A DNA stretch of 64,000 nucleotides from contig JAIOHL010000258.1 of the NCBI GenBank assembly GCA_019913005.1, positions 123,896 through 187,895 on the forward strand, in the 5' to 3' direction. The translations under genes and the position numbers were made by a program. Positions 8,229 through 18,659 of the stretch are shown here, one piece after another. Every line of letters starts with the position of its first letter. The stretch's first letter is position 1. This DNA is from Anaerolineae bacterium. Lineage in GTDB: Bacteria > Chloroflexota > Anaerolineae > Aggregatilineales > J027. The notes beneath the pieces are model-generated. The model had not been told where the DNA came from. It did not search any database and saw nothing but the letters and a program-made list of their open reading frames with translations.

Positions 8229-11200
8229 ATGAGCAAACGGTTTGCCCCTGTATCGCCAAAACTGGACATCAATGAATTGGAATTGGGTGTCCTTGAATTC
8301 TGGCGCGAGAAAGATGTGTTTCATCGCGCAATGAGTGAGCGCGAGGGTGGCCCCAAATTTGTATTTTATGAAGGCCCCCCCACTGCCAATGGTCGTCCCG
8401 GCAGCCATCACGTCTTGTCGCGTGCGTTTAAGGACATCTTCCCCCGCTATAAAACTATGACGGGCCATCACATCATCCGTAAAGCCGGATGGGATACACA
8501 CGGCCTGCCTGTTGAGATCGAGGTTGAAAAAGAACTCGGTATCAAACATAAAAGCGAAATCGAGGAATATGGCATTGCCGCGTTTAACCAAAAATGCCGC
8601 GAAAGTGTGCAGCGGTATATCGCGGATTGGAACAAACTGACGGAGCGTATCGCGTTTTGGGTGGATTTGGACACCGCCTATGAAACGTATAAACCTGAAT
8701 ACGTGCAGAGTGTATGGTGGTTGCTCAAACAGCTTTGGGACAAAAATCTGATCTATCAAGGTTATAAGGTTGTGCCCTATTGCCCCCGCTGTGGCACGCC
8801 GCTGTCGAGCCACGAGGTTGCACAGGGCTATGCCGAGGTGGATGACCCCAGCATCTATGTGCGCTTTAAGGTGGTGGGCGAAGACAATACGTATTTCCTC
8901 GCATGGACGACGACCCCATGGACACTGCTCGGTAATGTTGCGTTGACCATCGGTGAAAAGATTGATTATCTGCTGATCGAAGGCAGGGTAGATGCAGAAT
9001 CGCCTGTTGAACGGCTGTATGTGGCAAAGGCGAGATTTGAGGCCATTGTGCTGCCACAGGTCAAAGAAGGCGGCGGGTATGCGGTTGTGGCGGAAATGAA
9101 GGGCCGGGATTTGCTTGGCAAACATTATGAGCCACTGTATACCTATTTGCCTGTTGACCGCGATGCCTATTACATCACGGCGGGGGATTATGTCACGGTG
9201 GAGGATGGGTCGGGCATTGTGCATACCGCACCGGCGTTTGGTGCCGACGACCTTGTAACGGCCAATAAATATAACCTGCCTGTGGTGGTGACGGTCAATG
9301 CCGATGGACGCTTCAAAGATGAAGTGACACTGGTCGCGGGGATGTGGTTTAAGGATGCCGATAAGGTTGTGGCACGCGATTTGAAAGAACGCGGGTTGCG
9401 CTTCCATTTGACCACCTTCCGTCATAACTATCCGCACTGCTGGCGCGATAAAGTCCCCTTGATGTATTACGCCCGCTCTACATGGTATATCCGCACGACG
9501 GCCTATCGAGATCAATTGGTGGGGCTGAACAAGACCATCAATTGGGTGCCAGAGCATGTCAAAGAAGGGCGCTTTGGCAACTGGCTGGAAGATGTCAAAG
9601 ACTGGGCATTGGGCCGCGAACGCTATTGGGGCACACCCCTGCCGGTGTGGGTAGCCGACGACCCGGAGGTGGATTATGCGGTATGTGTCGGCAGCCTAGC
9701 CGAACTCAGCCAAAAAGTCGGGCGGGATGTGACCGGGGTTGACCCGCATCGGCCTTATGTAGACGACATCACATGGCAGGAAACCGTGAAGGGCAAAACT
9801 GTTACCATGCGCCGTGTGCCGGAAGTGATTGACGTGTGGTTCGACAGTGGTTCGATGCCCGTCGCGCAGTGGGGTTATCCACAGCATAACCACGAGATGT
9901 TTGAAGACCAATTCCCAGCGGATTACATCTGCGAGGCGGTTGACCAGACACGCGGATGGTTCTACAGCCTGCACGCCATCGCTACAATGGTTTTTGATTC
10001 GGTGGCCTATAAAAACGTGATCTGCCTCGGCCTCATCATGGCGGATGATGGCAGCAAGATGTCTAAGAGCAAGGGCAATATCGTGGCTCCATGGGATGTC
10101 ATCAACAAATATGGGGCGGACGCGATGCGCTGGTTTATGTTCACCGCCAGCCAGCCGGGGGACACCAAATATATGGGATGGCGGAATCCTGATACGCAAG
10201 ATGAAATCCCACCCATCGCGGAAATCCTGCGGAATTTCTATCTGAAGTTGTGGAATGTCTACAGCTTCTTCGTGACCTATGCCAATCTGGACAATTTCGA
10301 CCCGAATGCGCCCCAAGTGCCACTGCAAAAACGTGAAATGTTGGATCAGTGGGCTTTGAGTGAATTGAATGCGCTGGTTGACCGGACGACACGGGCCTTT
10401 GAAACCTTTGATGTGATCGGAGCAACCCGTCCAATTGAAGAATTTGTCGAAGATTTGAGCAATTGGTATCTGCGCCGTTCGCGCCGCCGGTTCTGGCTGG
10501 ATGACAACGCGCAGGATAAATTGGCGGCCTATCAGACGCTCTATGAATGTCTGGTGACGATTGCCAAACTGCTTGCGCCTTCGATGCCGTTTTTGGCGGA
10601 GGCGATGTATCAGAATTTAGTGGTGGGGCATGATGCTGCTGCGCCGGAAAGTGTGCATTTGGCAACATGGCCCGCAGCGAACAAGGCTGTCATTAACGAC
10701 GACCTGAACTATAAGATGGCGCTGGTCAAACGGATGGTCAGCCTCGGACATGCGGCCCGGAATAATGCCGAAATCCGCGTGCGCCAACCACTGTTGGAGG
10801 TCAATTTCGCTGTGCCGTCACATGAAGAAGGGGATACCCTGCTTGATATGGCGGATGTCATCGCCGATGAGTTGAATGTCAAAGCGGTGCATATCTTAAA
10901 TCCGGCGGAAAGCGTTGGGATGGTCAATTATGCGCTGAAGCCGATTGACACACTGGGCAAAGAACTGCGGGGTGATTTCCAAGCTGTGCGTAACCTGCTG
11001 GTGAATGCCAGTGGGGAGCAGTTGGTCAATTGGAGCCGCGCTCTGTTGGCCGGGGACGCGATTTCAGTAGAGGCCAATGGTAAAACGTTCGCGCTGACCC
11101 CGCAGCAAGTCATCGTCAAACAGACCAGCGCCGAAGGGTTTGCTGTGGCAGAGGAACATGGTTATCTGGCGGCTCTACGCACCGAACTGACTGATGAATT

Positions 11201-11462
11201 GGTGCGTGAAGGGCAGGCGCGTGAAATCGTGCGGTTCATCCAGACCCTGCGTAAGGATGCTGATTTCGATTTGAGTGATCGTATCGCCGTGACGTATCAG
11301 GCCGAGGGCGGCTTGGCGGATGTGATGCGCCAATTTGAGCAGTATATCCGCAATGAGACACTTGCCGAAGAATGGCTGTCTGGTGGGCCGTTGAATGGCG
11401 GGCATACCCAAACGCTGGATGTGGACGGGGCAAAAGTGATGGTTAGTCTGCGTCGTCTATAG
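8229..11462 (+). CDS. ileS: Isoleucyl-tRNA synthetase
   Basis: Track ORF of 1077 aa. Class I aaRS signatures PPTANGRPGSHHV (HIGH region) and KMSKSKGN (KMSKS). Length and editing-domain layout are typical of IleRS. lspA follows, as in many bacteria. Confidence 0.97.
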   Translation: MSKRFAPVSPKLDINELELGVLEFWREKDVFHRAMSEREGGPKFVFYEGPPTANGRPGSHHVLSRAFKDIFPRYKTMTGHHIIRKAGWDTHGLPVEIEVEKELGIKHKSEIEEYGIAAFNQKCRESVQRYIADWNKLTERIAFWVDLDTAYETYKPEYVQSVWWLLKQLWDKNLIYQGYKVVPYCPRCGTPLSSHEVAQGYAEVDDPSIYVRFKVVGEDNTYFLAWTTTPWTLLGNVALTIGEKIDYLLIEGRVDAESPVERLYVAKARFEAIVLPQVKEGGGYAVVAEMKGRDLLGKHYEPLYTYLPVDRDAYYITAGDYVTVEDGSGIVHTAPAFGADDLVTANKYNLPVVVTVNADGRFKDEVTLVAGMWFKDADKVVARDLKERGLRFHLTTFRHNYPHCWRDKVPLMYYARSTWYIRTTAYRDQLVGLNKTINWVPEHVKEGRFGNWLEDVKDWALGRERYWGTPLPVWVADDPEVDYAVCVGSLAELSQKVGRDVTGVDPHRPYVDDITWQETVKGKTVTMRRVPEVIDVWFDSGSMPVAQWGYPQHNHEMFEDQFPADYICEAVDQTRGWFYSLHAIATMVFDSVAYKNVICLGLIMADDGSKMSKSKGNIVAPWDVINKYGADAMRWFMFTASQPGDTKYMGWRNPDTQDEIPPIAEILRNFYLKLWNVYSFFVTYANLDNFDPNAPQVPLQKREMLDQWALSELNALVDRTTRAFETFDVIGATRPIEEFVEDLSNWYLRRSRRRFWLDDNAQDKLAAYQTLYECLVTIAKLLAPSMPFLAEAMYQNLVVGHDAAAPESVHLATWPAANKAVINDDLNYKMALVKRMVSLGHAARNNAEIRVRQPLLEVNFAVPSHEEGDTLLDMADVIADELNVKAVHILNPAESVGMVNYALKPIDTLGKELRGDFQAVRNLLVNASGEQLVNWSRALLAGDAISVEANGKTFALTPQQVIVKQTSAEGFAVAEEHGYLAALRTELTDELVREGQAREIVRFIQTLRKDADFDLSDRIAVTYQAEGGLADVMRQFEQYIRNETLAEEWLSGGPLNGGHTQTLDVDGAKVMVSLRRL

Positions 11463-11476
11463 AGCCTATATTTTCT

Positions 11477-11512
11477 CGATAGGGGTGATGTACAATCAGA
11501 TCACCCCTATCG
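11477..11512 (+). terminator. Strong hairpin after ileS (terminator or attenuator before lspA)
   Basis: Perfect 13-bp stem CGATAGGGGTGAT (11477-11489) / ATCACCCCTATCG (11500-11512) with a 10-nt loop. The following tract is only moderately T-rich (GTTGGTTTAGTGGTTTTTGG). Confidence 0.5.
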
Positions 11513-11612
11513 GTTGGTTTAGTGGTTTTTGGTTATGATGACACGGGGCTAAAGTCGCCGTGCTGCGTTTAGGCAAGAAACAGTTACCATATGAATTGTC
11601 ACTATCGGAGTA

Positions 11613-12155
11613 TTGGCATTGGAAACCTCTTTGCAAAATGATTCGCCTAATCCCGCGCCAGAAAATACGGCGGCGACCCCGCTACAATGGATGTTGTTAT
11701 TTGGGGTGGCAGCACTGGCAATTATCACTGACCAGCTTACCAAGTGGATTGTGGTGCAGTCGCTGGATTATGGTGAAACATGGGTTCCGATTCCGGCACT
11801 CAAAAGCATTTTTGACATCACCTATACGCGCAATACGGGTGCGGCGTTTGGCATGGCACAGGAATTCGGCAATATCTTTTTGCTGATCGCTGTCGTTGTG
11901 GTGGGAGCGATTGTTTATTACTATCGCAAACTGCCAACGGGGTCGTGGTTGGTGCGCCTCACACTAGGGCTGCAAATGGGGGGTGCGCTGGGGAATGCGC
12001 TTGATCGCATTACACGCGGCTATGTGGTGGATTTTTTCCATGTGCATGGCTACCCGATTTTTAACGTGGCCGATAGCTCCATTGTCGTGGGCGTGGTGGT
12101 GCTTGTCGCACTCCTTTGGTGGGAAGATCGTAAGATTGCCAAGAAGGGAATTTGA
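11613..12155 (+). CDS. lspA: Lipoprotein signal peptidase II
   Basis: Track ORF with a TTG start preceded by GGAG. LspA-like motifs are present (ITDQLTKWIV, TRNTGAAFG, IFNVADSSIVVG). The internal ATG near 11691 (MLLFGVAALAI...) is an alternative start. Confidence 0.9.
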   Translation: MALETSLQNDSPNPAPENTAATPLQWMLLFGVAALAIITDQLTKWIVVQSLDYGETWVPIPALKSIFDITYTRNTGAAFGMAQEFGNIFLLIAVVVVGAIVYYYRKLPTGSWLVRLTLGLQMGGALGNALDRITRGYVVDFFHVHGYPIFNVADSSIVVGVVVLVALLWWEDRKIAKKGI

Positions 12156-12172
12156 GGGAGGTTTTTTTTTAA

Positions 12173-12648
12173 GTGGCAGACAAGCAAATTTCGAATGGGA
12201 CGTGTGCTTATTGCAAAGAGACATTCCCCAAAAATGTAATTAAGCGACATTTAAACACCTGCAAAGAATGACAAACTGCCTAAGAAGCTGCGAGTCAAAA
12301 AAGTCGTGCCAAAAAGGAGCGCCTGTTTCATATTCGGATTGAGGGACATGACTTGCCGATGTATTGACTGCATCTGGAAGTCCCCGCTTCAGCAAAACTG
12401 GCTGACCTCGATCAATATCTACGGTGTTATTGGCCCGTAATGAAGAAGCACCAGCAATTCTATGCGAGGTCTGCGGCCAACCCGCCACATTGGTTTGTAC
12501 AAACTGTAATTGGGGCGGAGTCGCCTATTCCAATCAGGGGGCGGTATGCAAAGTGCGCCAAGAAACACACGGCGGTAACGAGATGCTACTGCCGATTGTG
12601 AATTCGCCACGCACTGGTGTTTGTGCTTATGGAAGTGAATGGGTTTAG
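12173..12648 (+). pseudogene. Decayed Cys-rich (zinc-ribbon-like) conserved hypothetical gene
   Basis: One frame reads VADKQISNGTCAYCKETFPKNVIKRHLNTCKE-TGA(12269)-QTA-TAA(12281)-EAASQKSRAKKERLFHIRIEGHDLPMY-TGA(12365)-LHLEVPASAKLADLDQYLR. The protein-like sense then continues only after a frame change near 12420, in track ORF 12424..12648 (...CEVCGQPATLVCTNCNW...LLPIVNSPRTGVCAYG). That makes three in-frame stops plus one frameshift. Confidence 0.5.
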
Positions 12649-12655
12649 CAGCAGT

Positions 12656-13105
12656 TTATGAAGGGATGGGTTCAGGTTCATGATTCTGTAGACCCATCAC
12701 CTTTGATTTAATCAACTCCGAATCGAACGTCCCGGTTTGGCGAAAAACCACCCCTCCATAGGGATCAAGCACCAAAATGGTCGGGATAATTTTGACCTCA
12801 TATTGACGGGCGGTGCTGCGCCCAACCTCGCTTAGAAAATCAATCCGCAAAACCGTTGCTTGGCCTGCTAGGTCTTTTTCAAGATTATCCACAACGGGTT
12901 TCATTAAACTACAGGCCGTACACAAATTGTTGTAGTATTCGACGATGGTCGGTTGCTGACCATTCCTCACCACCACGTCAAATTCGCTTTTGGTCTTGAT
13001 GTCGCTAGGTCGGATATACCAGACGAGATGGATAGCCGCCACGATGGTCATGCCGAAACCTAAAACGATGGTTAATAAAGGATGGTTCTGCAAAAAGGAA
13101 ATCAT
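12656..13105 (-). CDS. Membrane-anchored thioredoxin-fold protein (CxxC = CTAC)
   Basis: Track ORF 12656..13120, trimmed to the ATG at 13105, which has GAGGG 8 nt upstream. There is an N-terminal TM helix (LLTIVLGFGMTIVAAIHLVWYI). The thioredoxin-like core is TIVEYYNNLCTACSLMKP...IPTILVLD. Confidence 0.75.
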   Translation of the reverse strand: MISFLQNHPLLTIVLGFGMTIVAAIHLVWYIRPSDIKTKSEFDVVVRNGQQPTIVEYYNNLCTACSLMKPVVDNLEKDLAGQATVLRIDFLSEVGRSTARQYEVKIIPTILVLDPYGGVVFRQTGTFDSELIKSKVMGLQNHEPEPIPS

Positions 13106-13206
13106 CTGGCATACCCTCAAATCTGTGCGAGTTTATGCCTATTGGATGTGAAACTATAGAAAAAGTTACAGGGGAGGAGTGGTTTCGCTCCCCTGTTGTT
13201 AGTTGT

Positions 13207-16014
13207 TTACCGGACATCATGCCATGCAGTATAGACTTCGGTTTGACCCGCGCGGATGGCACGCAAAAGGGCATCTTGGTCAACAGGCAGGCTGAAAATG
13301 CGAACCCCCGTCGCGTGATAGATGGCGTTACAGATGGCGGGCGAGGTATTGATCGAGCAAATCTCACCGACCCCCTTCGCGCCATATGGCCCAGTGGAAA
13401 CGCGGTCTTCAATCAGATGGGAGATGATTTCTGGCGCGTGTTTGATGCTCGGCATCTTGTAACGCGCAAATAGATTGGTCCAAGGGACGCCATTTTCGAC
13501 GATATAGGATTCAGTGAGGCAGTTGCCCATTGCCATGACGATGCCGCCTTCGACCTGCCCTTGCAGCATCAGAGGGTTGATGGCCCGCCCAATATCCGTG
13601 CCTGCGATAATCTTCAAAACTTTGACCGCGCCTGTCTCCATATCCACCTCGACCAATGCGGCTTGGGTGGCATAACTGAAGGCGAAGTGCATATCCCCAC
13701 CCGTACCCAGCGGCTGCGTGGCAGGGGCGTGATATTCATGGCGCACTTTGGAGGATAGGCCATTGCCTTTCATCCAGCCCACCAATTGACCCAATTCGAC
13801 GCTTTTGCCGTTGTGACGTAGCAGGCCCTCTTCATAATAGAGGGTTTCGGGGGGGACATCCAAAAATTCGGCGGCGGAACGGGTGAGGGCTTCACGCAAT
13901 AGGGCGGATGTCACCCGTGCGGCGTTGCCACTGACAAAGGTTTGGCGGGAAGCAGTGGTTGGGCCGCCATTGGGAGTTAAATCGGTGTCGCAGAGCAAGA
14001 CACGCACTCGATTGTAGGGCAGTTTAAGTTCTTCGGCGGTGCATTGGGCCACGACATGCGCCAAGCCTTGACCCATATCGGCGGAGGCTACCCGCACTTC
14101 CACCGAGCCATCTTCAAAGGCTTCAACTTCGGCTTCGGCACGATCCGGCGCACCCCCCCCAAGACCCGTATTTTTATAAGCACAGGCCAGACCCCACGCA
14201 TAGGCTTTGTGACCGTCACGCCATGCCCAATGAAAGTCACCATCAGCAGACATCATATCCTGCTCAACATGACTGAGGGTTTCCAAGAGGCCAACGGATT
14301 CGCGCAGGACTTGGCCCGTCGCGGTGGTTGTGCCGACTTTTTGGGCATTGAGGCGGCGAAATTCAATCGGGTCAATGCCAATCATCTCCGCCAATATGTC
14401 CATATTCGATTCAACGGCAAAAGCGGATTGTGTTACGCCGAAACCACGAAATGCACCAGATGGCGGGTTGTTGGTATACATGGCGTAACAATCAATTTTG
14501 GCGTTGGGTACGACATACGGGCCAGTGGCATGAGTCGTCGCACGGGTCATCACTTTATCGGAGAGGGAGGCATAGGCCCCGCCGTCGCCATACAATTCCG
14601 CTTCCACTGCGACGAGTTTACCGTCTTTGGTCGCCCCTGTTTTCATGCGGATGATAGTGGCGTGACGTTTGGGATGGACAATGAGGGATTCTTGTCGGGT
14701 GTATAACATTTTGACGGGGCGGCCTGTGGCTTGGGCCAGCATTGCGGCATGAATTTGACCTGTGATGTCCTCCTTGCCCCCAAAGCCACCACCGATCAGT
14801 GTGCCGATCACACGTACTTTTTCTTCAGGCAGGCCCAATGCCAGTGCGATTTGATTGCGATCTTGATAGGGGATTTGTGAACCAACCAAGATGGTTAATT
14901 TTTCATGACCCGCGACCCCCGGCGGAATCCCAATGGAACATTCGGGTTCTAGGAAGGCGTGTTCAACAGTAGGGGTGCGATATTCACGCTCGACAATATA
15001 ATCGGCCTGTGCGAAACCTTGCTCAATATCGCCGTGCCGCACTTTGATATGTTTCAACAGGTTGCCCGTCGGATGATGGGGATGCAGTATAGGGGCTTCG
15101 TGTGAATGGGCAAATTTGGGGTCGCCGACAACAGGCAGGGGTTCGTATTCCACTTCAATTAACTTCAGGGCTTCGGCGGCAATATCTTCGGTTTCAGCGG
15201 CGACAATCGCTACCCCATCGCCCATGTAGCGTACCACATCGGAACACAGGACGGGCCAATCGCGGTAGACCAGACCGTGCAGATTTTCACCGGGGACATT
15301 GGCATGGGTCAACACGGCGACTACACCCGGCAAAGCCCTAGCTTGTTCGGTGTTGATGTCCAAAATTCGCGCATGGGGATAGGCGGCGCGTAGGGTACGG
15401 GCGTATAACATGCCATCAAAAACATAATCATCCGTGTACTTCGCCGCACCAGTGACTTTTTCACGCACATGTTGGGGGGGGACAGAACGGCTAATGGCGT
15501 GCATGGGTTCGCTGACATCCGGCTCATTGACAGGTAGCGACCCTTCACCGCGCATTTCACTGGCGGCGGATTTGATGGCAGCAATCACACTGGCATAGCC
15601 TGTGCAGCGGCAGTAGGTATCCTTCAAGGCCACTTTGATGGCGTGGTCGTCGGGATCAGAATTTTCATTCAGCAGGGCGGTGGCGGTCATCATCAGGCCG
15701 GGGGTACAAAAGCCACATTGGACAGCCCCATGATCTATGAAATTTTGCTGAACCGGGTGGAGTTCACCGTCGTCTTGGGCCAAGCCTTCGACGGTTTGAA
15801 CCTCACGGCCCTGCGCTTTGAAGGCGGGAAAGATACACGAATTGACAGGCGTGCCATTGATCAAAACGGTGCAGATGCCACATTCGGCTTCCTCACAGCC
15901 AATTTTTGTACCCGTCAGGCCCAGATCGTAGCGCAGCACTTGGGCCAGTGTACGCGATTCGGGAATATCTAAATGATGGATTTGTCCGTTAACGGTGATG
16001 TCTAGTTTGCTCAT
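13207..16014 (-). CDS. Xanthine dehydrogenase/aldehyde oxidase-family molybdoenzyme: fused [2Fe-2S] small subunit and molybdopterin-binding large subunit
   Basis: Track ORF of 935 aa. The N-terminus has two 2Fe-2S Cys clusters (GCEEAECGICTV...NSC and QCGFCTPG...CRCTGY). The Mo-binding body carries GGGFGGK and is the length of a CoxL/XdhB-type subunit. Confidence 0.9.
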   Translation of the reverse strand: MSKLDITVNGQIHHLDIPESRTLAQVLRYDLGLTGTKIGCEEAECGICTVLINGTPVNSCIFPAFKAQGREVQTVEGLAQDDGELHPVQQNFIDHGAVQCGFCTPGLMMTATALLNENSDPDDHAIKVALKDTYCRCTGYASVIAAIKSAASEMRGEGSLPVNEPDVSEPMHAISRSVPPQHVREKVTGAAKYTDDYVFDGMLYARTLRAAYPHARILDINTEQARALPGVVAVLTHANVPGENLHGLVYRDWPVLCSDVVRYMGDGVAIVAAETEDIAAEALKLIEVEYEPLPVVGDPKFAHSHEAPILHPHHPTGNLLKHIKVRHGDIEQGFAQADYIVEREYRTPTVEHAFLEPECSIGIPPGVAGHEKLTILVGSQIPYQDRNQIALALGLPEEKVRVIGTLIGGGFGGKEDITGQIHAAMLAQATGRPVKMLYTRQESLIVHPKRHATIIRMKTGATKDGKLVAVEAELYGDGGAYASLSDKVMTRATTHATGPYVVPNAKIDCYAMYTNNPPSGAFRGFGVTQSAFAVESNMDILAEMIGIDPIEFRRLNAQKVGTTTATGQVLRESVGLLETLSHVEQDMMSADGDFHWAWRDGHKAYAWGLACAYKNTGLGGGAPDRAEAEVEAFEDGSVEVRVASADMGQGLAHVVAQCTAEELKLPYNRVRVLLCDTDLTPNGGPTTASRQTFVSGNAARVTSALLREALTRSAAEFLDVPPETLYYEEGLLRHNGKSVELGQLVGWMKGNGLSSKVRHEYHAPATQPLGTGGDMHFAFSYATQAALVEVDMETGAVKVLKIIAGTDIGRAINPLMLQGQVEGGIVMAMGNCLTESYIVENGVPWTNLFARYKMPSIKHAPEIISHLIEDRVSTGPYGAKGVGEICSINTSPAICNAIYHATGVRIFSLPVDQDALLRAIRAGQTEVYTAWHDVR

Positions 16015-16020
16015 GTGGGA

Positions 16021-16935
16021 TTACTCCATTCCAATACCTTCGGGCACGGCTTGACCTGTTCGGGCACGCTGGACGGCGAGTTGCAGAGTGCGGCGCAGCA
16101 GGACGGCGATCATTTCTTTGCGATAGTCCCCCGTTGCACGATATTTGCTGGTGCGGGGCTTGAGAATTTGCAGCGCGGTTTCAATGGCCTGTTCAATAAT
16201 GGTATCAGTAGCGGGTTGGCCGATGAGAATGGCCTCGACCTCTGCGGCACGACCCGGTGTTGGGCCAATCGGGGCAATCGAGACACGGGCCGCCTCGAAA
16301 TGGGTTTGGGCAGGATTGAGTCGCACCCATATAGCACAGCCGAGGATGGGGAGGGCTACCCCCTGCGGACGCATAATGCGCTTAAAAGCCGTCGCCTCGT
16401 TATCACTGCATAACACAAAACGAAAGCCGATAATCACGTCGCGGGTGGAATCAATCAGCGATTGGCCCGGCCCACGAAACATCTCGGCAATTGGAACGAC
16501 GCGACGTTGACCACTCATGATAATTTCGGCCTTAGCATCAAGGGCGACCAGTGAGGTTGTGCCATCCCCCGCTGGCAGGGCATGGGCGACATTGCCACCG
16601 AGTGTTCCCACATTCCGCACCTGTGGCCCACCAACCACGCCACAACTTTCGACGAGGCAGGTTGCACGGGCGACTAGAACGGCGGATTTTACAATCTGGC
16701 TGTGCGTAACACCTGCGCCAACATAGATTTCATTGTTATTTGTGGTAAGGCGGGTCAATTCCGGAATTTGGGTGACATCAATCAGCGCTTCTTGAATGGG
16801 GTGGTGCCCTTCGCGCAGTTCGACAATCAAATCCGTGCCACCCGCGACCACTTTGGCCTTGCCCTGATATTGGTTCAGCAGGGCGATGGCTTGATCTATT
16901 GAATGAGGGGTATGGTAATGGTTCCACAGTTTCAT
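16021..16935 (-). CDS. FAD-binding subunit of the molybdopterin dehydrogenase (CoxM/XdhA-like)
   Basis: Track ORF 16021..16983, trimmed to the ATG at 16935, which is preceded by AGGAGGA. The sequence is typical of the FAD_binding_5 family (VVAGGTDLIVELREG..., GTLGGNVA). Its stop lies 6 nt upstream of the XDH start. Confidence 0.85.
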   Translation of the reverse strand: MKLWNHYHTPHSIDQAIALLNQYQGKAKVVAGGTDLIVELREGHHPIQEALIDVTQIPELTRLTTNNNEIYVGAGVTHSQIVKSAVLVARATCLVESCGVVGGPQVRNVGTLGGNVAHALPAGDGTTSLVALDAKAEIIMSGQRRVVPIAEMFRGPGQSLIDSTRDVIIGFRFVLCSDNEATAFKRIMRPQGVALPILGCAIWVRLNPAQTHFEAARVSIAPIGPTPGRAAEVEAILIGQPATDTIIEQAIETALQILKPRTSKYRATGDYRKEMIAVLLRRTLQLAVQRARTGQAVPEGIGME

Positions 16936-17040
16936 GAGGGGTGTTCCTCCTAAAACTGCTGGTACTTTTCGGAGGGAGGACATCCCAACGCCGCCACTAT
17001 CGGCGACCCGCAGTCGTTTAATACGATGTTGGTACTCTTA

Positions 17041-18591
17041 TTATACCGTTACTTTTGAACCCGCCATCATCAAGCCCAACGTGCGAACGTCGGCGGCGTC
17101 ACGTTTGACCGCGCCCACAATCGCGCCCTCGTACATGACGACGATGCGATCCGATAGGGCTAGAATTTCATCCAAGTCTTCCGAAATGAGCAAAATCGCT
17201 GTGCCTTTGGTGCGTTCTTCTAACAAACGATGGTGAATATACTCACTTGCGCCAATATCCACCCCACGCGTGGGTTGGGCGGCGATTAAGACACGCGGCT
17301 GACGGGATAGTTCACGGGCCAATACCAATTTTTGGATATTGCCTCCCGATAGACTCTTGATCGGGGTTTCGTGACTCGGCGTTTTGATTTCATAATCTTT
17401 GATAGCGGTTTTGCATTGGCGGGTAATGCTGCGGAAATTCATAAACAGGCCGCCCCACGCATAGGGCTTGCGCCCATGATTCTGCAAAACAAAATTTTCG
17501 GCGACGGTGAAATTTTTGATGACGCCATCGGTCATGCGGGCTTCGGGAATATGCGAGAGGCCGTGTTGATTCATGGCGGCGGGGGAGTGACTGGTCACAT
17601 CGTCGTTATTCAGCCAGATTTTGCCCGCAGTGATAGAGCGCATCCCCGCAATGACTTGGGCCAATTCGCGCTGACCGTTACCAGATACACCCGCCACGCC
17701 GACGATTTCACCCGCATGGACATTGAGCGAGACATTTTTGAGGCCCTCGTCTCCCCGATCACTGGTGGCGCAGACCCCTTCTAGACGCAGTAGAGCCGGG
17801 CCGGGTTCGATAGGTGGCAAATCGTAACGCAGGACAACCGGACGGCCTACCATCATTTGGGCCAGCATTTCTTTGGTGGCGGATTCTGCCGGGATGCTGT
17901 AGACCCGTTTACCATCACGCAGGACAGTAATACGGTGACTGATGGCAAGGACTTCATGCAATTTGTGCGAAATAAAAATGAGGGCGTGACCATCGGCGGT
18001 CATTTGATTCAAAATACGGAATAGGTCGTCTACTTCTTGGGGGGTCAGCACTGCGGTAGGTTCATCCAAAATGAGCAGGGCCGCGCCCCGATAGAGTGCC
18101 CGCAAAATTTCCACACGCTGCTGCTCACCAACCGCCAACTGCCAGATGGGGCTATTGGGATTGACTTGTAGACCGTAAATCTCAGAAAGTTCACGGATAC
18201 GCTTGGATACAACCTCCAGATCGAGTATTAGGCCACGTGAGGATTTTAGGCCCAACGCCACATTTTCAGCGACGGTTAGGGAGGGGACAAGCATGAAATG
18301 TTGGTGAATCATGCCGATGCCGTGTTGAATAGCATGATTGGGAGAGCGAATCACCACCGATTGGTCATTTAAGTAAATATGGCCTTCTTCTGGGTGGTAG
18401 AGGCCATACAAAATTTTCATGAGGGTGCTTTTGCCCGCGCCATTTTCACCTAAGAGGGCGTGGATTTCACCCGCTTTGACATCAAAATCCACATGGTCAA
18501 CCGCCAGTACGCCGGGGAATTTTTTGACAATTCCCTGCATACGCATTTGTTCAATGCGGCGGTGTCCGGTGGGCAATAGGTTCTCTGGCAT
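17041..18591 (-). CDS. ABC transporter ATP-binding protein, tandem ABC domains (nucleoside/sugar CUT2 type)
   Basis: Track ORF of 516 aa. Walker A motifs GENGAGKST and GVSGNGQRE, signatures LAVGEQQRVEI and LSGGNIQK, and two Walker B motifs. Confidence 0.9.
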   Translation of the reverse strand: MPENLLPTGHRRIEQMRMQGIVKKFPGVLAVDHVDFDVKAGEIHALLGENGAGKSTLMKILYGLYHPEEGHIYLNDQSVVIRSPNHAIQHGIGMIHQHFMLVPSLTVAENVALGLKSSRGLILDLEVVSKRIRELSEIYGLQVNPNSPIWQLAVGEQQRVEILRALYRGAALLILDEPTAVLTPQEVDDLFRILNQMTADGHALIFISHKLHEVLAISHRITVLRDGKRVYSIPAESATKEMLAQMMVGRPVVLRYDLPPIEPGPALLRLEGVCATSDRGDEGLKNVSLNVHAGEIVGVAGVSGNGQRELAQVIAGMRSITAGKIWLNNDDVTSHSPAAMNQHGLSHIPEARMTDGVIKNFTVAENFVLQNHGRKPYAWGGLFMNFRSITRQCKTAIKDYEIKTPSHETPIKSLSGGNIQKLVLARELSRQPRVLIAAQPTRGVDIGASEYIHHRLLEERTKGTAILLISEDLDEILALSDRIVVMYEGAIVGAVKRDAADVRTLGLMMAGSKVTV

Positions 18592-18659
18592 TTTTCAACT
18601 GCTCCGGGCAAAGTCGGGCAAAAAAAGGGGTGAACGGATTGTCCACCCCAAGTTCGTTT

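Noticed and set aside
8208-9557. 449-aa ORF on the minus strand.
   Set aside because: It lies entirely antisense to ileS, which has unmistakable class I aaRS motifs. The product is low-information and rich in His, Arg and Ile, typical of a shadow frame.
12365-12367. In-frame TGA as selenocysteine or Trp recoding.
   Set aside because: Two further in-frame stops (including a TAA) and a frameshift lie in the same remnant. No SECIS-like hairpin is evident. Pseudogenisation is the simpler explanation.
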